DNA from: Paraspadella gotoi | Lineage: Eukaryota; Animalia; Chaetognatha | DNA: 64,000 nt | Direction of reading: 5' to 3' | NCBI GenBank assembly: GCA_051294375.1 | Contig: CM119264.1 | Span: 22,779,826-22,843,825, forward strand | Part shown: positions 56,201 to 64,000 of the stretch, in pieces | Layout of the letters: every line of letters starts with the position of its first letter | Numbering within the stretch: the stretch's first letter is position 1 | Notes under the pieces: model-generated | What the model saw: the letters and a program-made list of their open reading frames with translations, nothing else | Databases searched by the model: none | Told to the model about the DNA's origin: nothing | Made by a program: the position numbers and the translations under genes

Positions 56201-59200
56201 AAAGGTGTGTGATTAAAGCTGGAAATCAAGTTTCGGCGGACTGGAATCTTTGAGTGGAAATGGAGAAAAAAAAACAAACCGCTGTTTTACTAATTGGATT
56301 GAATGGCTTCTTTTTCGCTTTAAAATTAAATTGTCAATGCAGGGCGAGTGTATTAATATCAATAATGTAATAGTCAATTAATTAAGTCAATTAGCAATTA
56401 ATTAATCAATATTTAATGTAATGCAGTCAATCAATCAAGTCCATTGTTATGCGATTTGATTCTGCATCGTCGTGCGATTGCTTTTATGGTAGGTATGTGC
56501 GAGACTAAAAAGAAATGATTGGGATCAAATTGATTAATTATTAGGCAATTAATTTAGATTAATTAACTTGAAATTAATTGTTAGATTATTAATGAATTAA
56601 TTACAAGATAATGATCGTTTGGGGCTGAATGCCGACGATTGTTTGGCTCAAACTTGTTGCATACTTCCTGATCAGTCGATTGTTCGGCCATGCTATTCAG
56701 GCTATGTCCGCCCGGTTACCGTTTTTTCAATGTGTATTGCAATTATTCGCCAACGGAAAAAGTGTTATCATGAAAGAAGAATTGCGGTCGATGTTTATCA
56801 ATCCCTAGCATAATTGTTAACGCGAGTTTTTAAGCTATTCGAAAATTAACAACGTGAACGGTGTTGAATTTATATCGTCATTATGTTGAAATGCAGTGTG
56901 TTTTTAGCGATATGAATGGGCAGATTTTAGAAGGATAAGACTCTCATGCCTAGAGCATATTTTTACGCATATCGAGCAGGCTAAACGCCGATGATAAGTG
57001 GCTGTAAGCATGCTTTTAAATTATGATCATCCGACATATTGATCAGACAAGATATATGGAATATAAACGCATAAAATTTTATAGATATAGTGAGATCTTG
57101 CAGATTTTAGAAGGGAGGTAAAGTGTGCAAAGCAACAGTTTCAATTTCCCGTTCTCCCTCTTCCCTCTTCTCTCCGTCTGGTCTCTTCGATGTTCTCTCG
57201 GTCTCGTCGTCTCTTTTTTTTTTTTTCTCGTTGTCTCCTTTCCTCTGTCTCTCTCTGCCCCGCATGCTTAAACTGTCCTCTCAGCAATCTTCACCATTGT
57301 GGCCTGGTCTCAGGGCGTCTGTTGTTGGGGCAACTGTTTCCTTCCTTCTATCGTCTCTCGTCTCGTCTCTCAATGTTAAGAGAGGGCTTCGTTAACTGCA
57401 GAGGGTAAAACAGTGTCCGTTAATAAAAGCTCTGTTTGTTGTAAAAAGAACTTCAAATCGTTTCTCAACTCAGAATAAATCCTTTCTGACTAATAACAAA
57501 AATTTGCGTAGTTAATTTTCTGTATAAATTGTCTTGGGTGATAGTGTGGAGGAGTTCAGCTGGCAGCAGCTTGATATCTCAGCTTCAAAATCTCAAAACC
57601 GGAGGATTAGGCCGGAGGAGTACCCAAATAAACAAGACGCGATGGATAGGGTCAAGGCTAATGAAAACATAGTCAGAGTGTTCCGGTCGGGGATAAGACG
57701 CGCAATAGAACGGGAAACTGGAAAGTTGATTGGAGTTTTTCCTTGAAAATCGTGAGGTTATGTTTCTTATATTATTCTCTTGAGAATTGATTCTTTGTTT
57801 TGAAGATGCTGTGCATATCGGGAAAAATCATTTCTGCGTTATGGTAAAAGTACAAGAAAGTCGCGGAGAAAATGGGAATTGTGATACAAGAGCTGCTCAA
57901 AACTAATTCCTAGGTTGGTTAAGATATAGTATGAATATATCTGGTCTTGGATTAAAACATGCTAAAACTGACGCCCTTTCTTGCAAAGACAAAAAAGTCC
58001 AAATGTTAAATTGTAGAAAAGCGTAGACAAAGTTTTTAAGCAATGTGCTTTTTTATAAAATGTGCTTGCTTTTAAAGTTAGATTGTGGATGTGAATGCTA
58101 AGATTAGTTCATTCATGACCTATTTGTGAAGAGGAGAAGATGATATATCGTTTAAAGATCGGATATATAATTAAGAGGAGCAGAAGAATGTTTTCGTTGA
58201 TGTAGTGATGAGGATTGGCATATGGGAATATAAAACGTTTGGTCGGGTTTCATCTCAGAAATAAGGAAAAGGATAGGTGAATTAGCGCATGAAAAGAAGA
58301 AGGTATATAATTGTAGTTGGTTTACATTTGGCTGTTCGGTTTGTGGTAGACCGTCTGAAAGACGGCAAGTAAGGTATTGGGATGCAGATTTAATGAATAT
58401 GTCTCTAATAGTGAGAATGGTTACATCCTAGGATTTTTTCGTGAGGTCTGTGATTCACGCGGTGGGGGGGGTACGGTACGGCGCCCCGCGTGAGGTCGGA
58501 TTCGCCAATGCTCTGGCGGCGAAAAAAAATAAGGAGAGTCGGAATAACTGAATTTGTGGTCTGATCGCGAGGGGGTGGGGAGTAGACGAACAAGGAAAGG
58601 ACCGACGACGATTTGAGGACGCACGACGGAGCGGAACGACGACGACTGGACGGACGAACGACAAAGAAGTGAAAGGAGATTAAGTGGGTACGTAGAAATG
58701 TAATTTAAGATTACCGAAAGCTTTTCGTTAAAAGAGTTTAAGACAAAAATAGATCCAGCGAGCGAAAATGAAGTATGAAGATGAATTTGATTCAGCTGAT
58801 AAAAACGACGACGACGACGACGATGATGACGCCAAAGATGGCGCCTTTGTTGTCTCCCATCAGAAGGAAACTCGACAACAAAGAATTCGGTTTCGCGGTT
58901 TTGTGGCATTTTGTGGCGGGTTCGTCGTCGTCGTCGTCGTCGTCGTCCGTCCATCATCACACGACAGCAAAGTGTTGTCGTCTTTTCGTCACCTCCTTCG
59001 TCTTTGGGCATAATATTATCATCAAATCATCATCAATCATCATCATCATCTCAATCATCTCATCATCATCAATCACAATGCATATCATCAATCAATCATC
59101 ATCGTAATCTTATTTTTGTGATTATACGCGTCGTCGTCGCTCGTCGTCTCTCGATACACGAAAATAACCTGTAGATTTACCTTCACAATTTTTCGCGGTT

Positions 59201-60399
59201 TTTCTCCCCATTTTTGTCCGAATTTTTGTTTCGAATATTTTTCCAAACAAAGAATGAGTTGATAACGTTAGATTCTTCCATGGCGTCATTCCATCACGCA
59301 CTTTCCCGCCTCTCCGATCTCAGTCCATATCTTTTCAAGCCACGTTCACTCCCCTTACCTTCACCCACTCAATCCTCTTGACGCCACCCTTCCTCCCAGA
59401 CCCACCCGCCCTCCACCCACGTCCCCACTTCCCTCTCTCCCCCACACAAAACCCCGACTGGATTCGCGTCTGTTTACTCCCGCTTCCGTCTCTGTTTACT
59501 TTTTCTATTTGCGATTCAAAAAAAGAAAAATGAAAAAAGAAGATGATCGGGATTCGAGTTTTGATATCAGACGGGGGAGATTAATTCCGAAATGGAAAGG
59601 GAGGAAAGGAGGAAAGGAGATTATTGGAGGAAAAGAGGAAGGGGATGAGATTACGAATGCATGGAGAAGGAATGAAATGAGAGAATGAATGAAACAGAGG
59701 GAGGAGAGGGAGATATGAATTAATGGAATATTGAATGAAGGAGGAAGAAGGAAAAGGGAAAATGGAGGGAGAGAAAGAAGAATAAGAGAAATTGAAAGGA
59801 AAGAAAGGGAATGATTAAGAGAACATTTGCATCGCGTGAAACAATGGTGAGGTAAATCCATGAGGCATCACTCGGAGCACTGAACATCACTTTTGTTAAC
59901 ATCGGACGCTAATTCTTCCCCCGTTGATTCTTCTAGCGAGGGTTTACTTTCACTACAATACAGTTTTGAAAGAAAGACATTAAAAGAAACTTGTAGTTAG
60001 AAGACGAAAATAAACGCAAAGTGATAAGTATTAATAACATTAAAATAAAAATTCGTGTTTAGAGTTCGACTCAAAAACACTTTTAGAAGGATGAGGAATT
60101 TAAAAAAAAATCTAGAAAGAGTAAAACCAAATCGACCAGAAATCAAATTTTAAAATCGAAACTTTTTCTCACCTAAATTCATAACGCAAACAAAGTCGAC
60201 TCTCTCTCTCTCTCTCTCTCCCCCTCTTCCTCTCTCCTCCTCTCTCCCGCAAAATCTATTCAAATCGGAGCAATATTTACTTTTGCATTATTTGTTTATC
60301 AAAAAATTTTTTTCTCGCGGCGATGAAACATTTTTTTTTCGTCGATCTTACGCAAAAGGTTTTGTGGTCTTTTGGAACAAAAGTGCAAAGAGCACTTTT

Positions 60400-60669
60400 N
60401 NNNNNNNNNNNNNNNNNNNNNNNNNNNNNNNNNNNNNNNNNNNNNNNNNNNNNNNNNNNNNNNNNNNNNNNNNNNNNNNNNNNNNNNNNNNNNNNNNNNN
60501 NNNNNNNNNNNNNNNNNNNNNNNNNNNNNNNNNNNNNNNNNNNNNNNNNNNNNNNNNNNNNNNNNNNNNNNNNNNNNNNNNNNNNNNNNNNNNNNNNNNN
60601 NNNNNNNNNNNNNNNNNNNNNNNNNNNNNNNNNNNNNNNNNNNNNNNNNNNNNNNNNNNNNNNNNNNNN
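60400..60669. other. Assembly gap (N run)
   Basis: Run of about 270 N. Confidence 0.99.
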
Positions 60670-60680
60670 AAAGAGAGAGA

Positions 60681-60712
<32 letters not shown>

Positions 60713-63091
60713 CATAGTTGTTTCTCTCGTAAGTCAAATCGCTTATCAACGAGAAACCTGGGTCGTCCAAAGCGAGATACCTCGGTATGTTCAACCACAC
60801 CGATTCTGACGGTACTTTTATTTAAAAGAAGATAATTCAAAGAACGATTGAACATCGTCATTCGATTATTTTCAAAAAGGAAAAAGAAAAAAAAGGAAAG
60901 AATTGACAAAGAATACTTTTCAAACGAAAAGTCACATTTATATTTTGTTTTTTTTTCTGAAAACTTTGGGCACCCAAGGTTCCAAACTTCGAATCGGACA
61001 AAAAATGTCTGAAAAAAAACCCTAACAACAAAAAAGTGTTAGAACTAAAACGTACACCTTGGTATGATTGATACGTAGCAAGTTATGCTAATTCCTTCTA
61101 ATTCGAAAACAACACGAAAACGTATTTAATAAAACAACTCAAAATAAAAAGGCTAAAAGTCCAAGTAAAGTAAAAAATAAGGAAAGAAAATAATACTACT
61201 TCCCGCAAAGAAACGTTGGGAAAAAACCTAAAGGATTCGCTTCGAGTTGAAAGGGAGAAACATCGTTCGAAGTTGGAATGACAGTTAAGCCTCTGGCCCA
61301 ACGCCAATGGGGTAATTGTGTTTTAACAAGAAACCAACAGTATTTAGAGGAAGTCTTAAGCGAAAGGCATGTAAATCCAAGGGAAGGGGAACTGCGTGAG
61401 ATAGATGAGATGGAGGAGAATAAGAGAGGGAGAGGGAGAGAGAGGGAGAGGGGAGGGGGGGTGAGAAAAGAAAACAATAAACGCTAATTTCTAAAACAAA
61501 TAACGAAACTTTTGGGTTTTACTACATTTTTTTCCTGTCAGAATTTAACCATTCGATCAAGCAAAGTAAAAAATTAAACGACGGGAGATAAATTGAAAAA
61601 CGTACGATCGATGGAAAACAATGTATTGAAAAAAAAGCACAACTGTTATTTCTACATATTAACTTGGAGAGAAATAACCAAAAGTTGGAAACATATGCCT
61701 TTTTACCGTCAGAACAAGCAATTTACGTTTAATTGATAATAAAATTACTTTTATTAAAGATTATTGGGCAGAAGCAAAAACAAAACATTAATCTCTTATG
61801 TAATGAAAAGACCTTTTCGGTTTTGGCACAAGTTGCCGCCTTATCGCACAATGAAACTCCATTACGTATCCCCAGATTTTTTTTTCCATTTAGTCATCGA
61901 CAAAAATTATGTTGCACTGAGCGCGGACGCCGAGAGTCTCTCGGGATTGCAGAATGAAGAGAGAAAGAGGTAGAGAGAGAGAGAGTGAGACAGATAAAGA
62001 GCTGGTTGAGGAGGAGACGATGCAAAGAGAGAAGTAGGAGGAGGAAGAGGAGGAGGATGAGCTCAGCAGCGTCCTCTATTCCCCGCTTTGTTTCGATTGA
62101 CTTTCTTCATCGATCAGTGAAGAGAGAAAGAGAAAGAGAAAGTAGAAAGAAAAAGTAAATGGAAACCAACTTAAAACTTAAAGAATTCGAAGAAAGAAAG
62201 AGACAAGAATGTGATCGAAAAATAACGTAAAAGAAACGAGGGAGGAGGAGGAGGAGGAGGAAGGGGAGGGGGGGAGAGGGAGGCATCGTCTTGTGAATTG
62301 ACATTTTGAAAAAAAGAAGACGAAATTCGCAGGTTTGAAGCGAATCGCTTTACGAGGATATTGACATTGGCGTTTTTCACGTTTTCTTCGAGATTTTCAC
62401 TGTGCGCCAAAAAAAAGTTTTTTGAAGTCTTTATCTTTTGTGAAGAAAATATACTGTGGAGCTGATGATTTTGTCATTTTAAATTTTCAGAATTTTCTAA
62501 CGGGCGACAATAATTCATAAATTTTCCGGAACTAAACAACGATTGTTCAAGTCAGAACTTTGTATGTTGTAACGCTTTTTATTTGTATGCAAAGAGTTTA
62601 ATGTTCTGAGCCTACTTTTTACTTTTTCCATTTGATAACAATATACATACATTTTTCAATCTCATATTCTCTAAAGATGTTTTATGAATTATGATTAGAA
62701 GTGATCCAAACGTGATCTGTCGTTTAAGTCTTAGATGTTGAATAAAAACGAAATATCAATTTCACTGATAAATTTTAATTGAGAATTGAGGAAAAAGTCT
62801 ATCACACAAATCCCTTCCATCGGTGAAACAATATTTCTCACTTGAATTTTTTGTGAAAAAAAATGACTCCAAAGTCCGAACGTGTGATCGTCTCTCCGCC
62901 GATCGACACTTCTGCCCTCTTGAGACTGAGTTTGACATTTAAAAGGAGGACAGAATCCAAACAAAAGACACTTTTGCTGACTAAGGGATCAAAGATGAAT
63001 TGACTCGTTGAAATAGTTAGTGTCATGCTTGTCTCTATAAGGAATGGCGAAAAGTAAGATTTTTCTTTACATTTAGATGTTAAAACATGTA

Positions 63092-63891
63092 CACTGCGGC
63101 GCAAAAAAAAGAAGCCACTTGTTAGCTCTAAATACCCCCACTATTTTTTTTTAATTTGAAAAAAAAATTATTAAAAGTATAGCTTTTTTAAAAAGCTATT
63201 CATTGGTGCAAAAAAATAATGGTTTAGGCAGTAGAATACAACAATAGTTTATAGTCAGAGTCTGAAAACGGAATTAGGAAAAAATCATTTTTGGAGATTA
63301 AGTTGATGATACTTTTTTTTCTGACTAATGACAAATGATTAATTTTCTATATAGTTTCCTTACTTATTTTAATTTGTTTAAGGTCAAAAATGGTTGACAC
63401 TTATCCCTACAGATATTCTATGATGAATTTGTTCAGTCAATTTCATATTATAAATATTTTATAATAGGGAAAAATCATTGACTCTTATTGTCTAAAAAAA
63501 ATTAATTTCTTTTTTTTTCAATTTTTTGTACCATATAACTTTTTGTCCTATAATGTTTGTCCTATAACGCTTTGCTCGATTTTATTTGGACTTGGACCAA
63601 TTGCTTCATCTTTTAATAAGCTCTGTTTATGTTTCTATAACTTAGTAGAGTTCAGTCATCCAATACGAGATNNNNNNNNNNTAATTTCTTTTTTTTTCAA
63701 CTTTTTGTACAATATAACTTTTTGTACTATAACTTTTGTCCTATAACGCTTTGCTCGATTTTATTTGGACTTGGACCAATTGCTTCATCTTTTAATAAGC
63801 TCTGTTTATGTTTCTATATCTTAGTAGAGTTCAATCATCCAATACGAGATTTTCGATGTGAAAAGTGGCTTCTTTTTTTTGCGCCGCAGTG
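63092..63891. mobile_element. MITE / non-autonomous Tc1-mariner-type element with 29-bp TIRs and TA target duplication
   Basis: TA|CACTGCGGCGCAAAAAAAAGAAGCCACTT ... AAGTGGCTTCTTTTTTTTGCGCCGCAGTG|TA: perfect inverted repeat, AT-rich non-coding interior. Confidence 0.88.
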
Positions 63892-64000
63892 TACGTATAA
63901 ATTATTATACATGGAAAGGAAAAGAGATGTATACATATATAAATTATACATATGCAGTATACATATATAAATAACAAATGTATCAAATGTATCGATATTG

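Noticed and set aside
60277-60909. Six ORFs of 138-210 aa
   Set aside because: They read through the N gap; artefacts.
63500-63850. Tandem ~170-bp duplication with two similar ORFs
   Set aside because: The copies flank a 10-N gap inside a MITE; likely an assembly overlap and non-coding.

Overview
Microsatellite-rich genomic DNA from a bilaterian invertebrate. The NR4A protein is closest to the protostome/arthropod HR38 type; the species cannot be identified from the sequence. Almost all of the ORF track is noise from (AG)n/(CT)n repeats and N gaps, so genes were built by hand from GT-AG junctions with consistent phases. Five spliced genes emerge. (1) The last two exons of an Alx-family paired-class homeobox gene with an OAR domain (+, 8567-9541). 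(2) A three-coding-exon neuropeptide precursor absent as such from the ORF track, encoding SRDRDRFLRF-amide with myosuppressin-like architecture (-, 11270-12513). (3) A 12-exon, 460-aa uncharacterised protein with four ~90-aa repeats and a C-terminal CCHIL CaaX motif (-, 14905-18216). (4) A 10-exon actin with three identical upstream CArG boxes (+, 21080-24745). (5) An NR4A/HR38 nuclear receptor (-, 25677-52071), tail-to-tail with actin. Non-coding highlights are a minimal type I hammerhead ribozyme (27350-27392), a core-mutated hammerhead (12787-12835), a ~7-kb duplication of three NR4A exons that is probably an uncollapsed haplotype with a 2.4-kb TIR element in one copy only, and a TA-flanked MITE near the end.
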